From: Eledone cirrhosa
Lineage: Eukaryota
Length of the DNA stretch: 64,000 nucleotides
Direction of reading: 5' to 3'
NCBI GenBank assembly: GCA_964016885.1
Contig: OZ024759.1
Location: forward strand, 2,170,001 to 2,234,000
Position 1 is the stretch's first letter; every line of letters starts with the position of its first letter. The notes beneath the pieces are model-generated. The model did not search any database and was not told the DNA's origin. It worked only from the letters and a program-made list of their open reading frames with translations. Below are positions 43,901 to 59,930 of the stretch, in pieces. The translations under genes were made by a program, and so were the position numbers.

Positions 43901-46750
43901 TTAGTAACATGACAAAGTCTATATTAGTAACATGACAAAGTCTATATTAGTAACATGACAGTCTATATTAGTAACATGACACAGTCTATATTAGTAACAT
44001 GACACAGTCTATATTAGTAACATGACAAAGTCTATATTAGTAGCATGACAAAGTCTATATTAGTAACATGACAAAGTCTATATTAGTAACATGACAAAGT
44101 CTATATTAGTAACATGACACAGTCTATATTAGTAACATGACAAAGTCTATATTAGTAGCATGACAAAGTCTATATTAGTAACATGACAAAGTCTATATTA
44201 GTAACATGACAAAGTCTATATTAGTAACATGACAAAGTCTATATTAGTAACATGACAAAGTCTATATTAGTAACATGACACAGTCTATATTAGTAACATG
44301 ACAGTCTATATTAGTAACATGACAGTCTACATTAGTAACATGACACAGTCTATATTAGTAACATGACAAAGTCGATATTAGTAACATGAGAATGTCTATA
44401 TTAGTAACATGACAAAGTCTATATTAGTAACATGACAAAGTCTATATTAGTAACATGACACAGTCTATATTAGTAGCATGACACAGTCTATATTAGTAAC
44501 ATGACAAAGTCTATATTAGTAGCATGACAAAGTCTATATTAGTAACATGACAAAGTCTATATTAGTAACATGACAAAGTCTATATTAGTAACATGACAAA
44601 GTCTATATTAGTAACATGACAAAGTCTATATTAGTAACATGACACAGTCTATATTAGTAACATGACAGTCTATATTAGTAACATGACAGTCTACATTAGT
44701 AACATGACACAGTCTATATTAGTAACATGACAAAGTCGATATTAGTAACATGACAATGTCTATATTAGTAACATGACAAAGTCTATATTAGTAACATGAC
44801 AAAGTCTATATTAGTAACATGACAGAGTCTATATCAGTAACATGACAAAGTCGATATTAGTAACATGACAATGTCTATATTAGTAAAATGACAAAGTCTA
44901 TATTAGTAACATGACAAAGTCTATATTAGTAGCATGACAAAGTCTATATTAGTAACATGACAAAGTCTATATTAGTAACATGACAAAGTCTATATTAGTA
45001 ACATGACACAGTCTATATTAGTAGCATGACACAGTCTATATTAGTAACATGACAAAGTCTATATTAGTAACATGACAAAGTCTATATTAGTAACATGACA
45101 AAGTCTATATTAGTAACATGACAAAGTCTATATTAGTAGCATGACAAAGTCTATATTAGTAACATGACAAAGTCTATATTAGTAACATGGCAAAGTCTAT
45201 ATTAGTAACATGACAAAGTCTATATTAGTAACATGACACAGTCTATATTAGTAGCATGACAAAGTCTATATTAGTAACATGACAAAGTCTATATTAGTAG
45301 CATGACACAGTCTATATTAGTAACATGACAAAGTCTATATTAGTAACATGGCAAAGTCTATATTAGTAACATGACAAAGTCTATATTAGTAACATGACAC
45401 AGTCTATATTAGTAGCATGACAAAGTCTATATTAGTCACATGACAAAGTCTATATTAGTAGCATGACACAGTCTATATTAGTAACATGACAAAGTCTATA
45501 TTAGTAACATGACAGTCTATATTAGTAACATGACACAGTCTATATTAGTAACATGACACAGTCTATATTAGTAACATGAGACAGTCTATATTAGTAACAT
45601 GACAAAGTCTATATTAGTAACATGACACAGTCTATATTAGTAACATGACACAGTCTATATTAGTAACATGACAAAGTCTATATTAGTAACATGACACAGT
45701 CTATATTAGTAACATGACACAGTCTATATTAGTAGCATGACAAAGTCTATGTTAGTAACATGACACAGTCTATATTAGTAGCATCACACAGTCTATATTA
45801 GTAACATGACAAAGTCTATATTAGTAACATGACAAAGTTTATATTAGTAACATGACAAAGTCTATATTAGTAACATGACAAAGTCTATATTAGTAACATG
45901 ACAGTCTATATTAGTAACATGACACAGTCTATATTAGTAACATGACAAAGTCTGTATTAGTAACATGACAATGTCTATATTAGTAACATGACACAGTCTA
46001 TATTAGTAGCATGACAAAGTCTATATTAGTAACATGACACAGTCTATATTAGTAGCATGACACAGTCTATATTAGTAACATGACAAAGTCTATATTAGTA
46101 GCATGACAAAGTCTATATTAGTAACATGACAAAGTCTATATTAGTAACATGACAAAGTCTATATTAGTAACATGACAAAGTCTATATTAGTAACATGACA
46201 AAGTCTATATTAGTAACATGACACAGTCTATATTAGTAACATGACAGTCTATATTAGTAACATGACAGTCTACATTCGTAACATGACACAGTCTATATTA
46301 GTAACATGACAAAGTCTATATTAGTAACATGACACAGTCTATATGAGTAGCATGACACAGTCTATATTAGTAACATGACAAAGTCTATATTAGTAACATG
46401 ACAAAGTCTATATTAGTAACATGACAAAGTCTATATTAGTAACATGACAAAGTCTATATTAGTAGCATGACAAAGTCTATATTAGTAACATGACAAAGTC
46501 TATATTAGTAACATGGCAAAGTCTATATTAGTAACATGACAAAGTCTATATTAGTAACATGACACAGTCTATATTAGTAGCATGACAAAGTCTATATTAG
46601 TAACATGACAAAGTCTATATTAGTAGCATGACACAGTCTATATTAGTAACATGACAAAGTCTATATTAGTAACATGACAGTCTATATTAGTAACATGACA
46701 CAGTCTATATTAGTAACATGACACAGTCTATATTAGTAACATGAGACAGT
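36500..46750. repeat. Tandem duplication of an approximately 5.3-kb block
   Basis: Offset 5317 for ATTCGT 36576/41893, AACG 37503/42820, GTATC 38452/43769, GAGAAT 39073/44390, GACAGAG 39508/44825 and GTAAAAT 39570/44887; offset 5363 (+2 monomers) for GTCAC 40074/45437. Confidence 0.9.
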
Positions 46751-48764
46751 CTATATTAGTAACATGACAAAGTCTATATTAGTAACATGACACAGTCTAT
46801 ATTAGTAACATGACACAGTCTATATTAGTAGCATGACAAAGTCTATGTTAGTAACATGACACAGTCTATATTAGTAGCATCACACAGTCTATATTAGTAA
46901 CATGACAAAGTCTATATTAGTAACATGACAAAGTTTATATTAGTAACATGACAAAGTCTATATTAGTAACATGACAAAGTCTATATTAGTAACATGACAG
47001 TCTATATTAGTAACATGACACAGTCTATATTAGTAACATGACAAAGTCTATATTAGTAGCATGACAAAGTCTATATTAGTAACATGACAAAGTCTATATT
47101 AGTAACATGACAAAGTCTATATTAGTAACATGACACAGTCTATATTAGTAACATGACAAAGTCTATATTAGTAGCATGACAAAGTCTATATTAGTAACAT
47201 GACAAAGTCTATATTAGTAACATGACAAAGTCTATATTAGTAACATGACAAAGTCTATATTAGTAACATGACAAAGTCTATATTAGTAACATGACACAGT
47301 CTATATTAGTAACATGACAGTCTATATTAGTAACATGACAGTCTACATTAGTAACATGACACAGTCTATATTAGTAACATGACACAGTCTATATTAGTAA
47401 CATGACAACGTCTATATTAGTAGCATGACAAAGTCTATATTAGTAACATGACAAAGTCTATATTAGTAACATGACACAGTCTATATTAGTAACATGACAC
47501 AGTCTATATTAGTAACATGACAAAGTCTATATTAGTAGCATGACAAAGTCTATATTAGTAACATGACAAAGTCTATATTAGTAACATGACAAAGTCTATA
47601 TTAGTAACATGACAAAGTCTATATTAGTAACATGACAAAGTCTATATTAGTAACATGACACAGTCTATATTAGTAACATGACTGTCTATATTAGTAACAT
47701 GACAGTCTACATTAGTAACATGACACAGTCTATATTAGTAACATGACAAAGTCGATATTAGTAACATGACAATGTCTATATTAGTAACATGACAAAGTCT
47801 ATATTAGTAACATGACAAAGTCTATATTAGTAACATGACAAAGTCTATATTAGTAACATGACAAAGTCTATATTAGTAACATGACACAGTCTATATTAGT
47901 AGCATGACAAAGTCTATATTAGTCACATGACAAAGTCTATATTAGTAGCATGACACAGTCTATATTAGTAACATGACAAAGTCTATATTAGTAACATGAC
48001 AGTCTATATTAGTAACATGACACAGTCTATATTAGTAACATGACACAGTCTATATTAGTAACATGAGACAGTCTATATTAGTAACATGACAAAGTCTATA
48101 TTAGTAACATGACACAGTCTATATTAGTAACATGACACAGTCTATATTAGTAACATGACAAAGTCTATATTAGTAACATGACACAGTCTATATTAGTAAC
48201 ATGACACAGTCTATATTAGTAGCATGACAAAGTCTATGTTAGTAACATGACACAGTCTATATTAGTAGCATCACACAGTCTATATTAGTAACATGACAAA
48301 GTCTATATTAGTAACATGACAAAGTTTATATTAGTAACATGACAAAGTCTATATTAGTAACATGACAAAGTCTATATTAGTAACATGACAGTCTATATTA
48401 GTAACATGACACAGTCTATATTAGTAACATGACAAAGTCTGTATTAGTAACATGACAATGTCTATATTAGTAACATGACACAGTCTATATTAGTAGCATG
48501 ACAAAGTCTATATTAGTAACATGACACAGTCTATATTAGTAGCATGACACAGTCTATATTAGTAACATGACAAAGTCTATATTAGTAGCATGACAAAGTC
48601 TATATTAGTAACATGACAAAGTCTATATTAGTAACATGACAAAGTCTATATTAGTAACATGACAAAGTCTATATTAGTAACATGACAAAGTCTATATTAG
48701 TAACATGACACAGTCTATATTAGTAACATGACAGTCTATATTAGTAACATGACAGTCTACATTC

Positions 48765-50710
48765 GTAACATGACACAGTCTATATTAGTAACATGACAGT
48801 CTATATTAGTAGCATGACAAAGTCTATATTAGTAACATGACACAGTCTATATGAGTAGCATGACACAGTCTATATTAGTAACATGACAAAGTCTATATTA
48901 GTAACATGACAAAGTCTATATTAGTAACATGACAAAGTCTATATTAGTAACATGACAAAGTCTATATTAGTAGCATGACAAAGTCTATATTAGTAACATG
49001 ACAAAGTCTATATTAGTAACATGGCAAAGTCTATATTAGTAACATGACAAAGTCTATATTAGTAACATGACACAGTCTATATTAGTAGCATGACAAAGTC
49101 TATATTAGTAACATGACAAAGTCTATATTAGTAACATGACACAGTCTATATTAGTAGCATGACAAAGTCTATATTAGTCACATGACAAAGTCTATATTAG
49201 TAGCATGACACAGTCTATATTAGTAACATGACAAAGTCTATATTAGTAACATGACAGTCTATATTAGTAACATGACACAGTCTATATTAGTAACATGACA
49301 CAGTCTATATTAGTAACATGAGACAGTCTATATTAGTAACATGACAAAGTCTATATTAGTAACATGACACAGTCTATATTAGTAACATGACACAGTCTAT
49401 ATTAGTAACATGACAAAGTCTATATTAGTAACATGACACAGTCTATATTAGTAACATGACACAGTCTATATTAGTAGCATGACAAAGTCTATGTTAGTAA
49501 CATGACACAGTCTATATTAGTAGCATCACACAGTCTATATTAGTAACATGACAAAGTCTATATTAGTAACATGACAAAGTTTATATTAGTAACATGACAA
49601 AGTCTATATTAGTAACATGACAAAGTCTATATTAGTAACATGACAGTCTATATTAGTAACATGACACAGTCTATATTAGTAACATGACAAAGTCTGTATT
49701 AGTAACATGACAATGTCTATATTAGTAACATGACACAGTCTATATTAGTAACATGACAGTCTATATTAGTAGCATGACAAAGTCTATATTAGTAACATGA
49801 CACAGTCTATATGAGTAGCATGACACAGTCTATATTAGTAACATGACAAAGTCTATATTAGTAACATGACAAAGTCTATATTAGTAACATGACAAAGTCT
49901 ATATTAGTAACATGACAAAGTCTATATTAGTAGCATGACAAAGTCTATATTAGTAACATGACAAAGTCTATATTAGTAACATGGCAAAGTCTATATTAGT
50001 AACATGACAAAGTCTATATTAGTAACATGACACAGTCTATATTAGTAGCATGACAAAGTCTATATTAGTAACATGACAAAGTCTATATTAGTAACATGAC
50101 ACAGTCTATATTAGTAGCATGACAAAGTCTATATTAGTCACATGACAAAGTCTATATTAGTAGCATGACACAGTCTATATTAGTAACATGACAAAGTCTA
50201 TATTAGTAACATGACAGTCTATATTAGTAACATGACACAGTCTATATTAGTAACATGACACAGTCTATATTAGTAACATGAGACAGTCTATATTAGTAAC
50301 ATGACAAAGTCTATATTAGTAACATGACACAGTCTATATTAGTAACATGACACAGTCTATATTAGTAACATGACAAAGTCTATATTAGTAACATGACACA
50401 GTCTATATTAGTAACATGACACAGTCTATATTAGTAGCATGACAAAGTCTATGTTAGTAACATGACACAGTCTATATTAGTAGCATCACACAGTCTATAT
50501 TAGTAACATGACAAAGTCTATATTAGTAACATGACAAAGTTTATATTAGTAACATGACAAAGTCTATATTAGTAACATGACAAAGTCTATATTAGTAACA
50601 TGACAGTCTATATTAGTAACATGACACAGTCTATATTAGTAACATGACAAAGTCTGTATTAGTAACATGACAATGTCTATATTAGTAACATGACACAGTC
50701 TATATTAGTA
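48765..50710. repeat. Apparently exact 960-bp tandem duplication (42 monomers: 39 x 23 + 3 x 21)
   Basis: Printed lines 48781-49680 read the same as lines 49741-50640. Markers ATGAG 48853/49813 and GTCAC 49179/50139 are 960 apart. Confidence 0.9.
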
Positions 50711-53700
50711 GCATGACAAAGTCTATATTAGTAACATGACACAGTCTATATTAGTAGCATGACACAGTCTATATTAGTAACATGACAAAGTCTATATTAG
50801 TAGCATGACAAAGTCTATATTAGTAACATGACAAAGTCTATATTAGTAACATGACAAAGTCTATATTAGTAACATGACAAAGTCTATATTAGTAACATGA
50901 CAAAGTCTATATTAGTAACATGACACAGTCTATGTTAGTAACATGACAGTCTATATTAGTAACATGACAGTCTACATTCGTAACATGACACAGTCTATAT
51001 TAGTAACATGACAGTCTATATTAGTAGCATGACAAAGTCTATATTAGTAACATGACACAGTCTATATGAGTAGCATGACACAGTCTATATTAGTAACATG
51101 ACAAAGTCTATATTAGTAACATGACAAAGTCTATATTAGTAACATGACAAAGTCTATATTAGTAACATGACAAAGTCTATATTAGTAGCATGACAAAGTC
51201 TATATTAGTAACATGACAAAGTCTATATTAGTAACATGGCAAAGTCTATATTAGTAACATGACAAAGTCTATATTAGTAACATGACACAGTCTATATTAG
51301 TAGCATGACAAAGTCTATATTAGTAACATGACAAAGTCTATATTAGTAGCATGACACAGTCTATATTAGTAACATGACAAAGTCTATATTAGTAACATGA
51401 CAGTCTATATTAGTAACATGACACAGTCTATATTAGTAACATGACACAGTCTATATTAGTAACATGAGACAGTCTATATTAGTAACATGACAAAGTCTAT
51501 ATTAGTAACATGACACAGTCTATATTAGTAACATGACACAGTCTATATTAGTAGCATGACAAAGTCTATGTTAGTAACATGACACAGTCTATATTAGTAG
51601 CATCACACAGTCTATATTAGTAACATGACAAAGTCTATATTAGTAACATGACAAAGTTTATATTAGTAACATGACAAAGTCTATATTAGTAACATGACAA
51701 AGTCTATATTAGTAACATGACAGTCTATATTAGTAACATGACACAGTCTATATTAGTAACATGACAAAGTCTATATTAGTAGCATGACAAAGTCTATATT
51801 AGTAACATGACAAAGTCTATATTAGTAACATGAAAAAGTCTATATTAGTAACATGACACAGTCTATATTAGTAACATGACAAAGTCTATATTAGTAGCAT
51901 GACAAAGTCTATATTAGTAACATGACAAAGTCTATATTAGTAACATGACAAAGTCTATATTAGTAACATGACAAAGTCTATATTAGTAACATGACAAAGT
52001 CTATATTAGTAACATGACACAGTCTATATTAGTAACATGACAGTCTATATTAGTAACATGACAGTCTACATTAGTAACATGACACAGTCTATATTAGTAA
52101 CGTGACACAGTCTATATTAGTAACATGACAAAGTCTATATTAGTAGCATGACAAAGTCTATATTAGTAACATGACAAAGTCTATATTAGTAACATGACAA
52201 AGTCTATATTAGTAACATGACACAGTCTATATTAGTAACATGACAAAGTCTATATTAGTAGCATGACAAAGTCTATATTAGTAACATGACAAAGTCTATA
52301 TTAGTAACATGACAAAGTCTATATTAGTAACATGACAAAGTCTATATTAGTAACATGACAAAGTCTATATTAGTAACATGACACAGTCTATATTAGTAAC
52401 ATGACAGTCTATATTAGTAACATGACAGTCTACATTAGTAACATGACACAGTCTATATTAGTAACATGACAAAGTCGATATTAGTAACATGACAATGTCT
52501 ATATTAGTAACATGACAAAGTCTATATTAGTAATATGACAAAGTCTATATTAGTAACATGACAAAGTCTATATTAGTAACATGACACAGTCTATATTAGT
52601 AACATGACAAAGTCTATATTAGTAGCATGACAAAGTCTATATTAGTAACATGACAAAGTCTATATTAGTAACATGACAAAGTCTATATTAGTAACATGAC
52701 ACAGTCTATATTAGTAACATGACAGTCTATATTAGTAACATGACAGTCTACATTAGTAACATGACACAGTCTATATTAGTAACATGACAAAGTCGATATT
52801 AGTAACATGACAATGTCTATATTAGTAACATGACAAAGTCTATATTAGTAACATGACAAAGTCTATATTAGTAACATGACAAAGTCTATATTAGTAACAT
52901 GACAAAGTCTATATTAGTAACATGACAAAGTCTATATTAGTAACATGACACAGTCTATATTAGTAACATGACAAAGTCTATATTAGTAGCATGACAAAGT
53001 CTGTATTAGTAACATGACGGTCTATATTAGTAACATGACAAAGTCTATATTAGTAACATGACAAAGTCTATATTAGTAGCATGACAAAGTCTATATTAGT
53101 AATATGACAAAGTCTATATTAGTAACATGACAAAGTCTATATTAGTAACATGACACAGTCTATATTAGTAACATGACAAAGTCTATATTAGTAGCATGAC
53201 AAAGTCTATATTAGTAACATGACAAAGTCTATATTAGTAACATGACAAAGTCTATATTAGTAACATGACAAAGTCTATATTAGTAACATGACAAAGTCTA
53301 TATTAGTAACATGACAAAGTCGATATTAGTAACATGACACAGTCTATATTAGTAACATGACAGTCTATATTAGTAACATGACAGTCTACATTAGTAACAT
53401 GACACAGTCTATATCAGTAACATGACAAAGTCGATATTAGTAACATGACAATGTCTATATTAGTAACATGACAAAGTCTATATTAGTAACATGACAAAGT
53501 CTATATTAGTAGCATGACAAAGTCTATATTAGTAACATGACAAAGTCTATATTAGTAACATGACAAAGTCTATATTAGTAACATGACACAGTCTATATTA
53601 GTAGCATGACACAGTCTATATTAGTAACATGACAAAGTCTATATTAGTAACATGACAAAGTCTATATTAGTAACATGACAAAGTCTATATTAGTAACATG

Positions 53701-56519
53701 ACAAAGTCTATATTAGTAGCATGACAAAATCTATATTAGTAACATGACAAAGTCTATATTAGTAACATGGCAAAGTCTATATTAGTAACATGACAAAGTC
53801 TATATTAGTAACATGACACAGTCTATATTAGTAGCATGACAAAGTCTATATTAGTAACATGACAAAGTCTATATTAGTAGCATGACACAGTCTATATTAG
53901 TAACATGACAAAGTCTATATTAGTAACATGGCAAAGTCTATATTAGTAACATGACAAAGTCTATATTAGTAACATGACACAGTCTATATTAGTAGCATGA
54001 CAAAGTCTATATTAGTAACATGACAAAGTCTATATTAGTAGCATGACACAGTCTATATTAGTAACATGACAAAGTCTATATTAGTAACATGACAGTCTAT
54101 ATTAGTAACATGACACAGTCTATATTAGTAACATGACACAGTCTATATTAGTAACATGAGACAGTCTATATTAGTAACATGACAAAGTCTATATTAGTAA
54201 CATGACACAGTCTATATTAGTAACATGACACAGTCTATATTAGTAACATGACAAAGTCTATATTAGTAACATGACACAGTCTATATTAGTAACATGACAC
54301 AGTCTATATTAGTAGCATGACAAAGTCTATGTTAGTAACATGACACAGTCTATATTAGTAGCATCACACAGTCTATATTAGTAACATGACAAAGTCTATA
54401 TTAGTAACATGACAAAGTTTATATTAGTAACATGACAAAGTCTATATTAGTAACATGACAAAGTCTATATTAGTAACATGACAGTCTATATTAGTAACAT
54501 GACACAGTCTATATTAGTAACATGACAAAGTCTGTATTAGTAACATGACAATGTCTATATTAGTAACATGACAGTCTATATTAGTAGCATGACAAAGTCT
54601 ATATTAGTAACATGACACAGTCTATATTAGTAGCATGACACAGTCTATATTAGTAACATGACAAAGTCTATATTAGTAGCATGACAAAGTCTATATTAGT
54701 AACATGACAAAGTCTATATTAGTAACATGACAAAGTCTATATTAGTAACATGACAAAGTCTATATTAGTAACATGACAAAGTCTATATTAGTAACATGAC
54801 ACAGTCTATATTAGTAACATGACAGTCTATATTAGTAACATGACAGTCTACATTCGTAACATGACACAGTCTATATTAGTAACATGACAGTCTATATTAG
54901 TAGCATGACAAAGTCTATATTAGTAACATGACACAGTCTATATTAGTAGCATGACACAGTCTATATTAGTAACATGACAAAGTCTATATTAGTAACATGA
55001 CAAAGTCTATATTAGTAACATGACAAAGTCTATATTAGTAACATGACAAAGTCTATATTAGTAGCATGACAAAGTCTATATTAGTAACATGACAAAGTCT
55101 ATATTAGTAACATGGCAAAGTCTATATTAGTAACATGACAAAGTCTATATTAGTAACATGACACAGTCTATATTAGTAGCATGACAAAGTCTATATTAGT
55201 AACATGACAAAGTCTATATTAGTAGCATGACACAGTCTATATTAGTAACATGACAAAGTCTATATTAGTAACATGACAGTCTATATTAGTAACATGACAC
55301 AGTCTATATTAGTAACATGACACAGTCTATATTAGTAACATGAGACAGTCTATATTAGTAACATGACAAAGTCTATATTAGTAACATGACACAGTCTATA
55401 TTAGTAACATGACACAGTCTATATTAGTAACATGACAAAGTCTATATTAGTAACATGACACAGTCTATATTAGTAACATGACACAGTCTATATTAGTAGC
55501 ATGACAAAGTCTATGTTAGTAACATGACACAGTCTATATTAGTAGCATCACACAGTCTATATTAGTAACATGACAAAGTCTATATTAGTAACATGACAAA
55601 GTTTATATTAGTAACATGACAAAGTCTATGTTAGTAACATGACAAAGTCTATATTAGTAACATGACAGTCTATATTAGTAACATGACACGGTCTATATTA
55701 GTAACATGAGACAGTCTATATTAGTAACATGACAAAGTCTATATTAGTAACATGACAATGTCTATATTAGTAACATGACACAGTCTATATTAGTAGCATG
55801 ACAAAGTCTATATTAGTAACATGACACAGTCTATATTAGTAGCATGACACAGTCTATATTAGTAACATGACAAAGTCTATGTTAGTAACATGACAAAGTC
55901 TATATTAGTAACATGACAAAGTCTATATTAGTAACATGACAAAGTCTATATTAGTAACATGACACAGTCTATATTAGTAACATGACAGTCTATATTAGTA
56001 ACATGACAGTCTATATTAGTAACATGACAAAGTCTATATTAGTAACATGACACAGTCTATATTAGTAGCATCACACAGTCTATATTAGTAACATGACAAA
56101 GTCTATATTAGTAACATGACACAGTCTATATTAGTAACATGACACAGTCTATATTAGTAGCATGACAAAGTCTATGTTAGTAACATGACACAGTCTATAT
56201 TAGTAACATGACAAAGTCTATATTAGTAACATGACAAAGTCTATATTAGTAACATGACACAGTCTATATTAGTAGCATGACAAAGTCTATATTAGTAACA
56301 TGACACAGTCTATATTAGTAGCATGACACAGTCTATATTAGTAACATGACAAAGTCTATATTAGTAACATGACAAAGTCTATATTAGTAACATGACAAAG
56401 TCTATATTAGTAACATGACAAAGTCTATATTAGTAGCATGACAAAGTCTATATTAGTAACATGACAAAGTCTATATTAGTAACATGACAAAGTCTATGTT
56501 AATAACATGACAAAGTCTA

Positions 56520-59500
56520 TATTAGTAACATGACAAAGTCTATATTAGTAACATGACAAAGTCTATATTAGTAACATGACACAGTCTATATTAGTAACAT
56601 GACAGTCTATATTAGTAACATGACAGTCTACATTAGTAACATGACACAGTCTACATTAGTAACATGACAAAGTCGATATTAGTAACATGACAATGTCTAT
56701 ATTAGTAACATGACAAAGTCTATATTAGTAACATGACACAGTCTATATTAGTAACATGACAAAGTCTATATTAGTAACATGGCAAAGTCTATATTATAAC
56801 ATGACAAAGTCTATATTAGTAACATGACAAAGTCTATATTAGTAACATGACACAGTCTATATTAGTAACATGACAAAGTCTATATTAGTAACATGACAAA
56901 GTCTATATTAGTAACATGACAAAGTCTATATTAGTAACATGACAAAGTCTATATTAGTAACATGACAAAGTCTATATTAGTAGCATGACAAAGTCTATAT
57001 TAGTAACATGACAAAGTCTATATTAGTAACATGACAAAGTCTATATTAGTAACATGACACAGTCTATATTAGTAACATGACAAAGTCTATATTAGTAGCA
57101 TGACAAAGTCTATATTAGTAACATGACAAAGTCTATATTAGTAACATGACAAAGTCTATATTAGTAACATGACAAAGTCTATATTAGTAACATGACAAAG
57201 TCTATATTAGTAACATGACACAGTCTATATTAGTAACATGACAGTCTATATTAGTAACATGACAGTCTACATTAGTAACATGACACAGTCTATATTAGTA
57301 ACATGACAAAGTCGATATTAGTAACATGACAATGTCTATATTAGTAACATGACAAAGTCTATATTAGTAACATGACAAAGTCTATATTAGTAACATGACA
57401 AAGTCTATATTAGTAACATGACACAGTCTATATTAGTAACATGACAAAGTCTATATTAGTAGCATGACAAAGTCTATATTAGTAACATGACAAAGTCTAT
57501 ATTAGTAACATGACAAAGTTTATATTAGTAACATGACAAAGTCTATATTAGTAACATGACAAAGTCTATATTAGTAACATGACACAGTCTATATTAGTAA
57601 CATGACAGTCTATATTAGTAACATGACAGTCTACATTAGTAACATGACACAGTCTATATTAGTAACATGACAAAGTCGATATTAGTAACATGACAATGTC
57701 TATATTAGTAACATGACAAAGTCTATATTAGTAACATGACAAAGTCTATATTAGTAACATGACAAAGTCTATATTAGTAACATGACAAAGTCTATATTAG
57801 TAACATGACAAAGTCTATATTAGTAACATGACACAGTCTATATTAGTAACATGACAAAGTCTATATTAGTAGCATGACAAAGTCTGTATTAGTAACATGA
57901 CAGTCTATATTAGTAACATGACAAAGTCTATATTAGTAACATGACAAAGTCTATATTAGTAGCATGACAAAGTCTATATTAGTAATATGACAAAGTCTAT
58001 ATTAGTAACATGACAAAGTCTATATTAGTAACATGACACAGTCTATATTAGTAACATGACAAAGTCTATATTAGTAGCATGACAAAGTCTATATTAGTAA
58101 CATGACAAAGTCTATATTAGTAACATGACAAAGTCTATATTAGTAACATGACAAAGTCTATATTAGTAACATGACAAAGTCTATATTAGTAACATGACAA
58201 AGTCTATATTAGTAACATGACACAGTCTATATTAGTAACATGACAGTCTATATTAGTAACATGACAGTCTACATTAGTAACATGACACAGTCTACATTAG
58301 TAACATGACAAAGTCGATATTAGTAACATGACAATGTCTATATTAGTAACATGACAAAGTCTATATTAGTAACATGACACAGTCTATATTAGTAACATGA
58401 CAAAGTCTATATTAGTAACATGGCAAAGTCTATATTATAACATGACAAAGTCTATATTAGTAACATGACAAAGTCTATATTAGTAACATGACACAGTCTA
58501 TATTAGTAACATGACAAAGTCTATATTAGTAACATGACAAAGTCTATATTAGTAACATGACAAAGTCTATATTAGTAACATGACAAAGTCTATATTAGTA
58601 ACATGACAAAGTCTATATTAGTAGCATGACAAAGTCTATATTAGTAACATGACAAAGTCTATATTAGTAACATGACAAAGTCTATATTAGTAACATGACA
58701 CAGTCTATATTAGTAACATGACAAAGTCTATATTAGTAGCATGACAAAGTCTATATTAGTAACATGACAAAGTCTATATTAGTAACATGACAAAGTCTAT
58801 ATTAGTAACATGACAAAGTCTATATTAGTAACATGACAAAGTCTATATTAGTAACATGACACAGTCTATATTAGTAACATGACAGTCTATATTAGTAACA
58901 TGACAGTCTACATTAGTAACATGACACAGTCTATATTAGTAACATGACAAAGTCGATATTAGTAACATGACAATGTCTATATTAGTAACATGACAAAGTC
59001 TATATTAGTAACATGACAAAGTCTATATTAGTAACATGACAAAGTCTATATTAGTAACATGACACAGTCTATATTAGTAACATGACAAAGTCTATATTAG
59101 TAGCATGACAAAGTCTATATTAGTAACATGACAAAGTCTATATTAGTAACATGACAAAGTTTATATTAGTAACATGACAAAGTCTATATTAGTAACATGA
59201 CAAAGTCTATATTAGTAACATGACACAGTCTATATTAGTAACATGACAGTCTATATTAGTAACATGACAGTCTACATTAGTAACATGACACAGTCTATAT
59301 TAGTAACATGACAAAGTCGATATTAGTAACATGACAATGTCTATATTAGTAACATGACAAAGTCTATATTAGTAACATGACAAAGTCTATATTAGTAACA
59401 TGACAAAGTCTATATTAGTAACATGACAAAGTCTATATTAGTAACATGACAAAGTCTATATTAGTAACATGACACAGTCTATATTAGTAACATGACAAAG

Positions 59501-59930
59501 TCTATATTAGTAGCATGACAAAGTCTGTATTAGTAACATGACAGTCTATATTAGTAACATGACAAAGTCTATATTAGTAACATGACAAAGTCTATATTAG
59601 TAGCATGACAAAGTCTATATTAGTAATATGACAAAGTCTATATTAGTAACATGACAAAGTCTATATTAGTAACATGACACAGTCTATATTAGTAACATGA
59701 CAAAGTCTATATTAGTAGCATGACAAAGTCTATATTAGTAACATGACAAAGTCTATATTAGTAACATGACAAAGTCTATATTAGTAACATGACAAAGTCT
59801 ATATTAGTAACATGACAAAGTCTATATTAGTAACATGACAAAGTCTATATTAGTAACATGACACAGTCTATATTAGTAACATGACAGTCTATATTAGTAA
59901 CATGACAGTCTACATTAGTAACATGACACA
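56520..59930. repeat. Tandem pair of 1641-bp higher-order blocks
   Basis: Second GTCTAC 56654/58295, GGC 56781/58422, GTTTAT 57520/59161 and TCTGT 57886/59527 are all 1641 apart. Confidence 0.88.
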
